From contig NW_026250405.1 of NCBI RefSeq assembly GCF_024521635.1, forward strand, positions 1,736,001-1,800,000: a stretch of 64,000 nt of DNA. The letters run 5' to 3'. Position numbers and translations under genes: made by a program. Shown here one piece after another: positions 48,551 to 62,874 of this stretch. A model generated the notes under the pieces. It did no database searches. It saw only the letters and a list, made by a program, of their open reading frames with translations, and was not told the origin of the DNA. This DNA comes from Tricharina praecox. Taxonomy: Eukaryota. Each line of letters starts with the position of its first letter. The stretch's first letter is position 1.

Positions 48551-50866
48551 GTGGTAGGGAGAGGGATGGATACCCATGCGTTGCGATTGTTTTTTGCTGT
48601 GATGTGAGGTGGATAGTGGAGTTGTGAATGGAGAATCTACTACACGTAATCTACGATTGGGTTGTTGCTGTTGCTGCGCGACTGTGGTGGTGGTGGGTGC
48701 GATCGCCGCATGGGGAGGCTCACGCATCGCAACCTAAGCTTGAGCTTGAGCTTGAATAACTACTGTACTCGTCACAACCTCCATTTACTCCATCAGCTAC
48801 AGCGTCTACTGCCAACGCGCACAGAATTCCAGGATCACGTCCATCTACACGTCCATCTACCACGCTACGGCACTTCCACCCAAGCTTCCCCATCACGCCC
48901 GCCCTCCACGCCACGCCCCGCCCTCCGCGCTCCACATCCCCCACCAATGACCATCCGTGCGAACCCCGCTTTACCGCCATCCCCAGCGAGCTCGTGACAA
49001 CTCAACTCTCAGTAAAACGCGTCGCCTCTGCAGCCGCACCGCAACCCCTCATTGTTTATCCTCATCGCAACCCCTTATCGCGTCCTACAGGCTAGGTACA
49101 TAAGAAGCATTGGAACGACGGATTGTTATGCACTAGAACCACTACCACTACCACCGCCGCCGCCGCCAGCTCGGCGTGCACTATCGGGTCGGCACCCTGC
49201 GCATCGGATCAGCTATCGAACACCGCCCCCACCCACCACATCCGCCGGCACAACTCGGACAGCTACATCTGCACTCTTCGCGCTCTTCGCGGCCACTCTC
49301 CTCCATAGAGTAGCATCCCGCTCACCGGAAACAACCAGTTGGCGGATACACTGGAGGCTGGCGCTATTAGGCAACGTCCTCTGAGCGGCAAGGGGAGAAC
49401 TCAGGGCAAGAAAGAGCACAACCACAGGGCGAGGTAGGCGCACACCGCACTCGGCGTCAAGCACAACAACGCGCGTGCTTTGAAGGAGGATTAGGAGGGC
49501 CATGATAGGGATTGATGTTCGTCGGCGGGAAAGAACTGGATATTGACTATCGTCCATATACTAAGTATAGATTACGGGATACCCGCGGGCCGCAACGTGC
49601 GAAGCCGGCGGAAGTTGGAAGATCATTCCCTTCTACTAGGTAGTACATAATGTCCAGGCCGTTCGTCGCCTTGTGTTGGATTTCGTATCGCTACACCGTT
49701 TCTCATGTGTAACTACTGTGATCCGCCGGCATGCCTGCCCAGTGGCCGACCATCATCCGGCTTTAGTTATAGCATTGTTCCTTCGTAACGAGAGAGTTAC
49801 CGGTCCATGTTGATGCTGGAGGAACTGCTGGTGATCTTGGCAGTCTGACATGAGATCGCAAGGTACTGTTTTTTGTTTTTGTTGAATCATCAATTGCGTG
49901 CGACCTATCTCGAGTAGAGTACCTAGATCACTGCAATATACGCACACCGTTTCCATGTCCACTGTCCAACTCAACCTTCCGTCAAGCAGCCCGATGGGGC
50001 TTCCCCACCCTCCGCCCCGGCCTTTCCCGAAGATACATGTACATAGAGTGCACCAAGGGAATATACTCTACGCAAAGCACTATTGGCACGGCGTCAAATA
50101 TCCCGGGAGTGACAAAACATGACTGCCCAGCCGTTTCGGGTTCTGGCCTCTCTTGAGTGATCCCGAGTGACTGGATGGGAGGGGCACCGATATTACACAC
50201 ACGGATAGAGGAGATACGCCTCGTAGGCCTGGCCAGATGCGGCATAGTAATCAGAATAGGCTCTGCCCAGCGCCGCTAGCATTTCCCCGTCGCAGACTCC
50301 GCAGCTCCGCTTATGCCCAGAAACGCGCGGTGACGCTTGACGGCAGGCAAGTGAGGCACAGTCACTGAGCCACCGCCCGCTCTCGACATAGTTATGCTGT
50401 GCCAACCTTTCTACGCATGTAGGCCTCTCCATCCGGCAAACGAAACCAAAAAAGATCGACGGCTGATACACAGGATTCTGCGCGCCTTGTCGCTCGTTTC
50501 TTACTCTCACTCTTACATCCGCTCACTTTCCTTCTATATCACTAGCCTTTGTTCCGTCCCTCTTTTGCTTACAGTGTCTCCCCACCCTCCCAACGGGCCT
50601 GAGGAATCGTCACCACTTCCCAAAGCTCTCGATCCATCGTAATTGCGACAACCTCGAATCGGCTTTTTAGCGCAAACTCGGGGCACCCTCATTTCGCATT
50701 TTTGTCCCTGCACGCTCCCCGCGAAGGGGTTCCTTAGCGAGCGGCGATCAAACCCCCCAGCTGTGTAACGATACGAACGATACCTCCTACCTCCACTCCA
50801 CCTCCATCAGCACCTCGGTCATCCCCCCCTTCCTGCTTCACGACCTCCTCCTCCATCGTATCTGTC

Positions 50867-53800
50867 ATGGGCGACACCAAAGGCCAGGCGAAAGAGCAGT
50901 TCGCGCGTCTCCAACGCACGATGCAACCGCGTCTCTCGTCGCTGCAGGAACGCCTCCAGGCCGTCCCCGACCGGATCCAGAACAACCTGCCCGAGTCCCT
51001 CCAGAACCTCCCCGAGCGTCTCCCCAGGAGCTTTCCCCGATCCTCTTCCTCGGAAAAGGAAGATGATCCTCCTCCGCCCGTTACCCCGCAAATCAGCAGG
51101 GCCCCCGCTCTGCCGCTCTCTTACTCGAGTCCACCACCCCCCGCCGCCGTTGCCGCCGCCGAGCCCCTCTCATCCCCGCAATCGCAGATCCCGAAGGCCC
51201 CCGCGGCCACCGATCCAGCGTACAACCCCGAGCTCGCGTTCCTTGCCTCCAAAATCCTCTACCGCTCCGGAACGGACCCTGTCTCGGGCGGCCCACTGTT
51301 GATCCTGTGCGCGGCTGCGTTCCCGGACGCGAACCACGTCGACTACACCGTGCTGCTACCCTACGTCCTCGCGAACCTCCCCGGAGATGACGAACTCAGC
51401 ACCGGCACCGGGTACTCGGTCGTGTTTTTCGCGGCGGGCGGAGAGAGGAAGGCCGTGCCGGGTGCTACCCCCTCGTGGAAGTGGACCCTGCAGGCGTATA
51501 CTCTGGTGGGTGTCATTCGGGAGATTGCTGGGACCCTCGTCGAGGACCGGAGAAGGGACGTTGCTGATAGCAACGGACAGCTGGGGAGGGCGGTTAGGAA
51601 ACAGATCCGCAGGCTTTGGATCGTGCATGAGAGGAATTGGATCCGTGAGTTGCATTCGGAGGCGGGGCGGGTGTGAGGGCGCGCGGGATTAATTATGCGG
51701 TGTGCTGACGCGGAGAAGGGACGATTTTTGAGCTTATGGCTGGTGTCGTGTCGGCTAAGTTCAAGAAGAAGGTTGTTCACGGTATGCTCGCTCACTTGTG
51801 CGCGCCCCTCTTTTAGACAGTAAGTGGCTAATGAATTGGGTTTGGCAGTGAATAATTTATCCGAGCTTGCTTTACACATCGATATCACGACGATCAACAT
51901 CCCGCCCGCCGTCTACATCGTCGACCGCAAACTCGGCTATGATGTTGTGCTTCCCGGGTTCCCCAAGGCGCCCGTGTTTGGATACCGGCCATTTCCTGCC
52001 GTGAACCCTCAGCGCATGAGCGACAATATTTGCTTACCGATGGTCCTCATCGACACGTCGAACTACATTCGCCGACGCTGCTTGAAGGTGGAAGGACTCT
52101 TTCGGGTACCGCCGTCGCAAGCCGTTCTCGAGGTCGCCCGCGACTGCTATGACCGTCACACCCAACTACCCTGGGAAGAATGGGGGCCACATACGGCGGC
52201 AGGACTGATCAAGTTGTACTATCGCACCCTACCGGAACCCATGATCCCACAGGAATGCTATGAGCAGATGCACTCGCTGGTAGCCATGGAATCCGATCCG
52301 GAGAGGATGGTGCCTGAACACGAGTTGGCGGAAGTGCGCTTCGAAGTTGTGCACGCGCTGCTCACCACGGAGGCCACCACGCTCCCGTCACATTCGCGTA
52401 TCCTGTTTCTACGCCATCTCCTCCCGCTCCTTGCCGACATCGCAGCCCACCGGGCCGACAACAAGATGGACCCCACCAATCTTGCCGTCTGCGTCGCGGC
52501 CTCGATGGCGCGCTCAAACGACATGATCGCGGACGCCAAAGCCTCGGCAGGCATCCGCAAATTCATCGAGATCGGCATCCAGCGCATCGACGAGCTAGCG
52601 CCGAAGCAGCCCGTCCGAAGGGCTGCGCCATATCTAGAGAAGCGTCGCAGTCAGACGCTCGACATGGCGGGCCTCAACCTTACCGTCGATCCCCCCACAT
52701 ACTACACGCGGCAGGTCTTGATGCGTAAGAAAGTTCCCAGCCCTACCAGTCCGCGTCAGAGACCGGCCTCGATGGGGTCCAGCGTATGCGATAGTCCCGT
52801 GATGGAGTCGCCGCTGGAAAATGCACTCTCCCGTATACTCCCGCCACCCTCGCCGAAGCCGGAGGAGATGAGACGTGGAAGTGCACCGTATGGACCGAGG
52901 CCGGCCCCGGTGTCGGGCGTCAAGACGGAGCGATCGGCTAGCTATGATTCAGTAAGCCCTTTGACTCCTATCCTTCCGCCGGTGGTGCAGCCGAAACCGG
53001 TGCAGTACCAGAGCAATCCTATACAGCGCAAGCCGGTACAATCGCAGGACGCCGCCTTCAGTCCTGTACCGCTGCCGGTGGCGCGGAAAGACGTACCTGT
53101 GCCCCGGCAACAGGCCGTGCCTGCACCACTCGTGCCGCGGAAACAGCTACAGCTCGATACCGCACAGCCGGTAGCACGGAAGCAGCAGCAACCAACACCC
53201 GGTTCCATCTCACCCAGTCTCTACCAAGCGTACCAGCCACCCGCTGTCCTAGCCAAACCCGGGCTTCTCCCACAAGCCCATGCGCTCCTCGCCAAACCCG
53301 AATGGGTTCCCAAACTTCCCCCGCGCCCGCCCTCAACCACCCCCGACCTCCCCCCGCGGCCCGCAGTCAGCCCCATCTCCCGGCCCGTATCCACGCTCCC
53401 ATCCGCACGCATCCCATCCACCACCCCCACCCCCCGCCCAAAGAGCGAATACTTCGCCTACCACTCCCCAATCCCCTCCATCCCCTCCATCCCCTCCGTC
53501 CCCGTAGCACCCCTCGCAGCCCCACCCGCAAACCCCAGAAAACTCTCGATCCCCGCAACATTCCTGCAGCCGCCGGCAACGTCGGCAATGCTCGCAACGC
53601 CGGGACAGTTCGTTGCGCGCCCGCTGCTGAGGCGCGCTGCGAGCGCGAACTTTGGTGCTGTTGGGAGAGGTCGTGTGGGGGATGGGGAGTACCGGCCCCA
53701 AACCGTTAGGCGCGCGAGGAGTCAGCTCGATCTGGATGTAGGCGCGGGCGCGGTGGGCGAGTTGAGGGCGCTTTTTGAGGCGAGGGCGGGGATGGAGAGG

Positions 53801-53881
53801 GATAAGGAGAGGAGGGTGGAGAGGAGGGTTAGCAGTAGTGATTTTTCGGGGAGGGGAGGGGAGGGGAGGGGAGGACTCTAG
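50867..53881 (+). CDS. RhoGAP with an N-terminal BCH/CRAL-TRIO_2 domain and a Pro-rich tail
   Basis: Introns at 51506-51580, 51645-51718 and 51782-51848. BCH-like segments are LWIVHERNWIR and KFKKKVVHV. GAP motifs are VEGLFRVPP, IKLYYRTLPEP and NKMDPTNLAVC. Confidence 0.85.
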
Positions 53882-54765
53882 AGGAGAGGAGAATTGGACT
53901 GGAATGGGAGGAGAGTTGTGCTTTTGGATTTGGACTGGAGGAGGATTGTGCTTTTTTGGTTTGGATCGGATTGGTTTGGTTTGGACGTTTGGCTTTGGTT
54001 TGGAGTCTATATTTCGTTTTCGTTTCTGTGATTCCCTTTTGGAATTTTTTGAGTTTAGTTTGCTTTTTTTGATTCGTTGATTCGTTGATTTGATTTGTGT
54101 GTTGTATTTTTGGTTGTGGGAGTGGAAGGGAGGATTCGGAATTTAATCGGTCTTTCATTCATGAATCGTGAATGGATTGGATTTCTGCAGTGCTGCTTCG
54201 TCGACGGGGTTTGAGTGTGCATCGCGAGGGAAGGTGGAATGAGAATGGGAATGAGAATGGGAATGTGAACGGAGAAGCGTTGACGCTTCGTGCTTACATA
54301 CATCTTTTTATGTATGATACATATGATATCTACATACCAACGAAATTGGTGATCTTCAGGCTCGCATCCACACACACGCACTGGGACCTGGGACTGGGGA
54401 TCGTCAGGTACTGACCGGCGACCGGTATGTAGGAGATGTATGTAGGAAGGTAGTAGAGTGGATGGGATCGATGAAAATCGCTGGTATGTACGTACGTCTA
54501 TCAGGTATAAGCTTCTCCCGCGTGGGTGAGTCTGCCGTCTCTGGTCTTCAGTGAGGAATCAAAGGGAGTTCGGTAGGTACATATCTTGGGAATCGAGTGG
54601 TAATGGTTGGTTGGTTAGTTGGATGAATGGCTGGATGACTAGATGGATGACTAGATGGCTGGCAGTTAAGTGGCTCTCGTTCGCGGGCGGTTGAGTACCT
54701 AGCTTTCGTCGGCGGGCGGTTGAGTCTGGTTGGGATCGAATGGGATCGAATGGAGAGCATATATA

Positions 54766-54822
54766 AGCAAGTCTGCGGCAAGTCTGCGGCAAGTCTGCGG
54801 CAAGGCAAGGCAAGGCAAGGCA
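54766..54822. repeat. Short tandem repeats (GCAAGTCTGCG x3, GCAAG x4)
   Basis: Seen directly in the sequence. Confidence 0.8.
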
Positions 54823-56470
54823 CAGTGAATTCCTCGCGGAGACTGGAGGCCAATGGGCGGAATGAAAAGTCGAGTGACCGCACGAAACATCAACTGCCCA
54901 CTGAGTCTGAGTCCTCGAGCTCGCTCACCATTCAGGTCCTCGGCGCTCGTTGTCCCTCTGTGTACATACCGTGGCAACGGCACCTGACCGTATGGCGGCC
55001 GACAGTATGCACGTGACCTCTCCAACCACCTACCCCTAACCGAACACTGGGCACTGGGCACTGGGCAGCCAGGCGGAACCCAGCGGGTGCTGTGATGCAT
55101 CACGGTTCACCTCGTACTCTTACTCTTACTCTTATTCTCCAGGTCTTTATACGAAGTCCGTTTATGCGGAACACCGACGGCTCTGCGCTGCTCTGCTCAG
55201 CTCTCTCGGGGCATCGCTGCCGGCGGGTATCATCTATATATTTTTGTGATTGCGATCACCAGCACGGCGTCTTCTCACCGCCGCCCAGCCCGCCGCCCAG
55301 CCCGCCGAGAGCGACGAAACGGTAGTGTTACGCGTCGTTTTTCTTGGGCGCCGTCGTTCTGTCCGTCTCTCTCCGTCTCTCTCCGTCCCTCTTTCCCTCC
55401 GTCTCTCTCTCTCCCTTCCTCTCGGCGTCGCTGCTTGGAACCCCCCTCCCATTCCAAGGCCCGAAATCGCCACGCGCTTCACCACGCCGAACGATTGGGC
55501 CTCCTCCCTCCTGCTCCCCTCCGCTCTCCTGCCCTAGACTAGACTAGAGTAGACAGATCAACGAAATCTGTTTCACCATCCCCCATGCACCGGCGGCGCA
55601 CCGGCGTGGCCGAAAGGGGCATTGGCGTTGGCGCGCTGGCTTGGCAGCTTGCATTGTGTGCATTATGTGCCTTGGCGGACTGGGATGGGCTGGGATGGGC
55701 TGGGGTGAGGCTGCTCTGGGTTAATGTGGTTAATGGGCGGTCGGATCAGGGGTAATCTTGTTTTTTTCATGCGGACATGAGAGTTGGAGACATGTGCGGC
55801 TTGGGGTTCGGGGGAGGTAATCTGCTTTCGCGAGGTGAGGAAGGGGTGAGGCGGTGAGATGGGAGGGGAGAAGGATGAGATGGGATGGGGTGTTGGGGAC
55901 GGGATGGAGGTGAGTGGTGATGGAGGGTGATGGTGGTTGAAGGTAGATATGAAGGCTCTGGACGGGTTCCGGATGGGAGTGATAGATAGTCGCTCTGCTT
56001 AGGCCTGAGGTTGAAGTAGACTCTCGCTAGCGACGTTTGAACTTTGAGTTGTTGCACAGCCTCTGCCCCGGCGCTATGGCCGCTTGCCAGCTGTGGTTGG
56101 TTGGTCGAACGTGGAAGGAAGAAGGGCGAGCCAAAATTGAAAATGAAAAATGAAAGTCCAGTCTGTCTGTAACTTGCGATCGATGCCCAATGCGTGAGCC
56201 TTGAGGCTGGGCGGGCGGGTATTAGAGATCCCCTTTCCTCTCCCCTACTTCTAGGTACTTCTTGAACTCCTCCCCCCCCTCCCCGACTTCTCTCGATTAT
56301 TCTTCCACTCTTCTTCGTTCCGTACTCTAACCTTACCTACACTCCTTAATTGGGTCCGTTAAGACTCGTCCGCCCTCAGGCTCCAAACATCTGCAAAACT
56401 TTACTCTGCTTTCCCGATACTCATTCTCACCTTCTTCACTTATTCACATTTGCCTTTTAAATACACCATA

Positions 56471-58026
56471 ATGCGTTGGGTCACTCTCCTTGCCGCGGCG
56501 GCCACGCTGATTGGCGCTTCGTCTGCCGCTGTCGAGACCATCACCATGAAGGACAGACACTTCTACACCTCGTCCGGAAAGCCCTTCTTCGTATGTATTC
56601 CTTGACTGAGTGACTGAGTGAGAATGCATGCTGATGGTGCATAACAGATCCGTGGAGTCGACTACCAGCCCGGAGGATCCGCCGATTTTGAGAAGGGCCA
56701 CGACCCCCTGTCGGACATCAACACCTGCGCGCGTGATATCTACATGTTCCAGCAGCTGGGCATCAACACGATCCGTGTGTACTCGGTCGACCCATCGCTG
56801 GACCACGACGAGTGCATGACGCTGCTCGCGCAGGCTGGCATCTACCTGGTTCTCGATGTCAACTCGCCGCTGCAGAACGAGCACTTGAACAACCAGGAGC
56901 CGTGGACTACTTACACCCCGATGTACCTCGAGCACATCTTCTCGGTCATCGAGGTGTTCTCCGGTTACGCCAACACTCTCGCTTTCTTGGCTGGTAACGA
57001 GGTCGTCTTCGAGAAGGTCTCGGCCAAGACGACCCCCAACTACCTCAAGGCTATCGTCCGTGACATGAAAGGTTACATTGAGCGCCACGTCAGCCGTGTC
57101 ATCCCCGTTGGATACTCCAACGCCGACGACTTGGACTTCCGTATCTCGCTCGCCAAGTACCTCGAGTGCGGTTCCGAGGGATACATCGACTTCTTCGGTG
57201 TCAATTCGTAAGTTCCGGCCATTCCATTTCCGTGGGAGAAAATCCTAGTTCCAGTCGCTGACATTTTCACAGCTACCAGTGGTGTGGCCACAATACCTTC
57301 GAGGGCTCCGGCTACGACAAGCTCGTTGAGGACTACACCGACTACTCTCTCCCGGTATTCTTCACCGAGTTCGGCTGCAACGAGTCGCCTCCGCGCCAGT
57401 GGGAGGAGGTCGACGCGCTGTACTCCGACAAGATGACCGGTGTCTTCTCCGGAGGTCTCGTGTACGAGTACACTCAGGAGGCGAACAACTACGGAATCGT
57501 CGACGTGGCGAAGAACGGGCAGGTGAAGTCACGCACTGACTTCATCGCGCTGCAGAAGGCATACGCCAAGGCGCCGTCGGACGTCAAGCTGCCCAAGGGC
57601 GCGACGGCGCCCAAGCGCCCCGCGAAGTGCCCCGCCGAGGACGACCCCATCTTCGAGAACATCACGGCGAACATGACGCTGCCGTGGACGCTCGGCGAGG
57701 ACATGATCAAGAACGGCGTTGCGGACCTGGTCCAGCGCGGCAAGTTCGTGACCGTCTCCCAGCGCGCCACCGAGTACGGCATCATCATCGGCGGAAAGAC
57801 CATCTCCGACAAGGAGGTCGAGATCACCACTAAGACCTCAGACCAGAAGGCGCTTGCGGCTGGCGGCCACGGCGAGAAGACCGGTGGCTGGAATGGAAAC
57901 ACCCCCGCGGATGCTGCTGCCTCCGCCGATGAGGCTGAGTCCGCCGCTGCTGCCACCCCCGTTCGCGGCGCTATGTTTGTCGGCTCCTTGTCGGCCGTCG
58001 CGCTCGCGTTCGGTCTGTTCTTGTAG
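56471..58026 (+). CDS. GAS4: GPI-anchored 1,3-beta-glucanosyltransferase (GH72, Gas4-like)
   Basis: Signal peptide present. Introns at 56591-56647 and 57208-57272. Motifs RGVDYQP, AGNEV, NSYQWCG and FTEFGCN. SPLQNEHLNNQEPWTTY resembles yeast Gas4 from memory. The C-terminus is a hydrophobic GPI signal. The subfamily symbol is less certain than the family. Confidence 0.85.
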
Positions 58027-59089
58027 ATGCGGTGCGTGCTTAGTGTGTAATTGTGCCGGACGGTGGCTTCTTTTGGGTGTTCATATTTTGTGTATACATA
58101 AGCTTTTTGGTGTTTTTTCTCTTTAGAGGGCAATGTGGTTTTTCTTTCTTTTTTTATTTGTCGTTTCGAGCTTTTTTTTTTACTTCTTCAGTTTCAATAC
58201 CAGAGCGGGGCGTTAAATACCCTGAGATTTTTCGTGCGAGATTTTGTCGTCTGTCGGTGAAGGGTGTGAAGTAAACGTTCCATCTGTTTTGATTTTTCTT
58301 GTGTTGCGTGGTGGTGGTGATGCTGGTGGAAGGGTGAATGGAGATTCGAGAAAGTAATTGAGTGTTGTGTTGTATCGATGAAGTGTTGTATCACAGCCTG
58401 CCGTACCGTATGTAAACTCAGTGACGGTGAAGGCCAAGAGAATAAAGAACGAGCGGGAAACTCCAAGCTTATATCCTCCCCAAGCCTCAATCGAGCGAGG
58501 GGAAGGGAAAGAAAGCTGACGTACCCACCGCGCGGTTACGTGAGTGCGTAGGTCCATGTCGTCGGCAATACGGCTTCATCCCCAGCGAGTGGGTGGGACG
58601 CGCGGCCGGCGGGACATGGGGGAGCACTCGGGTTATTGCTACAGGGGACGGGGATCGTGAGATGGTAGAGTGGAGTATATACATAAGGTGCTGCGTAAGT
58701 GCTTACTCTGCCTCGGAAATCGGGATTCGCATATCGAGGATTCGGGTATCGACTCCGTCTCTACTAGGCACACTGCGATTTCCCGATTGCCCACCTCCGA
58801 GTCTCCGGCTCCCGATCCCTGACTCCCGGAGTCTTCACGTACCATATGTAACTACTAGTAGAGTATCAGTACATATCACAGGTAAGTAGGTGCGACCGCT
58901 ACCCGTCGAATACATAGAGTACCTGCCTACCTAGGGCGACAAACCATGGACTGCCGGGAGTTGCATCTACGGTTGCGGGTGCGGATATCGACATCGCGGT
59001 GTAACACGATACGCGATTCGATGAATGCGGGCGGGTGGATTGCGGGGTGGGGTAAAAGAGGCCAGACCTATAGTAGTACTGGCACTCGA

Positions 59090-61350
59090 GGGTTTATTGA
59101 TGCATAACTAGTACTGTAATCTCTTCTCGTATACCTAGTTATATTCGCCGGATTCGATGTAGACTGGTAACTGCACTGGTAGATATTTAAATTTTATTGC
59201 CGGCTGTATCGTCTCGGAACGCTGGGATAGAATCGACGATTCCCTGAGTCTTCATCGTCCGGATAGGCACGAATGTCTCGGGCCGCAGGGGAGTAATAGT
59301 GGGCCCTTTCCAATTCCGTAGCTGGACTCTTCCGGCCCGTAGGCCTTGCGTCACCCTCCGACTGCGGTCTCGAGTCTCTTCTTCTTCTCTGCAACCTTCT
59401 GCACAGCTCAGTTGCCAATCGTGCAGTATTCGCAAGCTTTATTCGATAACTCTCCGCTCGTACGCTCCAAATTCGAGTCCTTCCTCCATACCAGACTGTC
59501 CAGTGATCGTCGCCAGCTTCCTCTAATCTGACTGCATCCGCCTTCTAGCGACGGGGGCCTTTTCCGGATTCCCGAGATCGTAAAAGTCTTCCTGGCTCAC
59601 GTTGACTTCCTCGCATGTGTCGCTGTAAAATCATCATCTATTTATTGCTACCAGTAGTAATAGCACTCGAGGGCGTAATACGTATTGATATAGTACAGGA
59701 ATCGCCTCTCGGATAGTAGCACTCGCCGGTGTCGGTGTAGATTGCACTGGTAGATATTTATTGCTGGCCAGTGTATCGTCTCGGAATGCTGGGATCGGAT
59801 CGACGATTGGGCCGTGGTTCCCCCCCCGTACGTCTTCGGTGGAATTCTTTATTGCGGTGGTAGGTACTGTTGTGGGTACTGATGCCCTACGGGACACCAA
59901 TCCTCGTAACTCGCCGTGCCAGTAGTAATGTAGAGTCTAAATGTCACTTATTCGTTAGGAATCGTGGCAAACAGTTTACTGGATAGAGGCACAGAACGTC
60001 ATGAAAACTTACTTGTGAGTGAGGTGGGATGCCTGTGCAAATACCGGATTTTCTGAGGTTCCACTTCGGTACTCTCGAGAGTCGGGATTTGTCTCATGTT
60101 ACTCATGGGATACTCAGAGCTGCGATGTGGTCGCCGTGGAAACGTTACCGCCACTTGGTCTTGATTCTGGTTCTCGTAGCCTTGCTGATTCTGGTTCTTA
60201 TAGCCCCGATAGTACAGCTGATTCGGCTGGTTCTGATACATCGGCTGGTTCTTTTAGTTAAGCTGATTTTGCTGAAAAGCCGCGGCCACTTGGATCGGGT
60301 GTGTTACCATTTGTATCAAAGTTGTCCAAGACGCCGTATCCGGGTCAGATTCCTCCCCGCGGCCCCGCCTGTAGTACCTCCCGACGACTGCCCTATCACA
60401 GAGGCTACCACCTGACACCTTCAACATGATCCTCCCCACTCCGCTCAACATCGTCTCCACCTATTGCTCCATATAGGTCGCCTGCTCCTTCTCCTCCGTC
60501 TTAGGAATCGTGATTTGTCTCCGCAGCCCTCATCTTCTCCGTCCCCTTGCCCTTCCGATTCTACTCTTCCTCGGACCTCGTACTTGAAGATCTCGCACCA
60601 TGAATCGTCTCCAATCTCAATTGCGTCCGTATCGTAGTCCGAGACTGGATTCCCGCCACGATCCTGCTTGTCGATCTTCCTGACTATCGAGACTACTAGT
60701 ACCTTCTAGATTACCGCCCTTCCTTGGAGCCCCCAGGCTGAAGTCACCAATAAGACTCTCCGTATCCTACTACTTCTCAGTCAGCGATAGAGCGACTTGG
60801 CCAGCGTATTCAGCATACCAGAAATGCCCTTGCAGGACTCGACCAGCTCGAGAGTGTGTCTCGTGTACTTGGGAATCGACTCTCCACGCTTCCGCCTCAG
60901 GAATAAGACGTCTCCCATAGTGTCGTCGTCGTCGTCGCTATGCTCGTCGGTATGATAGTGCTCGAGTAATGCGGCCACCAGAAATTCGAAGTCTTCAGCG
61001 ATCCCTGGCTCGCGTTCGCCGCCCGCGGGTGAAGCTGCGAACTTTTGTGCCGAGGTGGGGAGTCAATATGGCGCTCTTCGCCTTGGCCTGATGATTGATC
61101 CGCTGGATCGGTGAAAAGATTATTCTCGAGCTTGGTAACCAAGGTGAAATTGCCGATAAATTCCTGGACATTCTCGCCCCCAAGTCCTCCGAAACGACAG
61201 ATACTGATATATGCCTTGTCATGAAAGATTGCTGGGGTGCGGGTGATACGATCGTGGCTCGTCTTCCTTCTCCAAGCTCACCCCGTATAGGCTGGGTATC
61301 TCGTCTTCTAGGGTGAAGGCCGCAGCAGCAGCAGCTGAGATTCGCCCGGG
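59090..61350 (-). mobile_element. Degenerate gag-like retroelement relic (second, inverted copy)
   Basis: 59090-60020 matches 39090-39990 in reverse complement. Upstream are broken gag-like frames and NQ-rich repeats. A ~70-bp block is duplicated internally (59170 and 59742). Confidence 0.55.
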
Positions 61351-62874
61351 TTGGAATCTTGGAAGCTGTCAGCTGTGCTTTCCGCCGTCTGCGTCCTTCT
61401 CCGCCGTGTATGTCTTTTCCGCCGTCTGTCGATTCACACGATAGTACTAATAGGAAAATTGGACCTTTTCCATCTATCAGGCTTTACGTACCTGGGTTTG
61501 GCGCACCAGATGAGAGACCCTCGACGGGTGCAAGCGAATGTAGACCGTGATTCAATCGAAACGTGGAAATAAAAGAGGTTTATGAACTTTTGTGGATAGG
61601 TGTCCGTGGTGCTGATAAAAATGTCTGATGTGTTGAATAAGAGACCGACCAACAGACAAACCAAAAAGCAGCAACAAAAAAAAATTCAACGTTCAACGAC
61701 CGTATCGGGTCTGCCCGGCATGACACATAGGTCCCTCCAGACCTCTGCTCGCCGCAACACAGAGCCGCCTCGGACCTCGCGCTCCCACAATAGGTACTTG
61801 GGCGAGTGCTTTCTGATGGCGGCCTTACCAGGTACTATCTGAGCACCGTAAGTTTGGTGGGTTGTATTGGGGGCTGTCAGCTCCTCTTAACTCGCAGAAT
61901 ATCCGCACCACTATGTGGTTGATATGATACTACCATCTCCGCCGTTAATACACCATCGATCACCACAAAACAACCCAGAACCTGTCTCTTCGGCGCCGAG
62001 CCCGCAAGTACAAAGCACTGGCTCACGAGGAGGTGACGTGGAAACATCTCCGACGCCCCTCCCAACGAGGAGAAAACATGCATACCGCTTGATTAGAGCC
62101 TTGTAGCGGTACCGAGATGACAGCGTCCAGGTGCCTTTATAGGTAGATGTTTGACGATGGTGATCGTGTATCACTCTCGAACACAAGTCTGCTTCATCAT
62201 CACATCACTCGTCGAAGCCCAGGTCAACCAGAACGAATGCTCCCTAGTTGTCGGGGCGTATACGGACAAAAATGAGCACCGTGTCTACCGGTATTCGACC
62301 AAATATGAGTAACGTGTCTAATCGAACGAAAATGGCCGGACGCCGAGAGGTTGGAATAAAACATTCCTATGGGGATTACTGATTACCTGCTGTAGGCATA
62401 ATTTCTTTCGACGTTGTAGAAGAATATATTCACTGGCAAGATGGGGCTGGCGCCTATGATCTGGATGCTGTTGGCGGCGGCTTTTGGCGGCGGCCGTATG
62501 CTCGGAAATCGTTAAGGAACCGTGCATCTTGCAGCTGTCCCTCCCACCCGCATCGCATTATATTCCCTCTTGTCCCCTTCCTTTGCCCTGCGTTCATACC
62601 CCAATGTACGTCACAACCCACACATTCTATAAGAACAATATCCACGCCTACGGTACACACATCACTACCTCCGACAAACGACGAGCTTGCTGCTGCTACT
62701 ACAACAACGAAGCACCCCCACATCCTCTCCTCTTCTATCTCCCCTACCACAACAACAAGCTGTCCCTCCTCCCTCCTCCCCGCACAACAACAAGAACAAC
62801 AACAAGCTGTCCCTCCTCCCCCACCTCCCACCCCCCACCCCCCCACAACAACGACAACAACCGTTGGAACCAGA

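Noticed and set aside
16064..58026. MLH3 and GAS4-like genes as a meiosis/sporulation cluster
   Set aside because: They are ~38 kb apart with unrelated genes between them, so coincidence is sufficient.
61880..62460. Possible kinase relic (LVDLG)
   Set aside because: Only a single short motif, with no other kinase subdomains visible.
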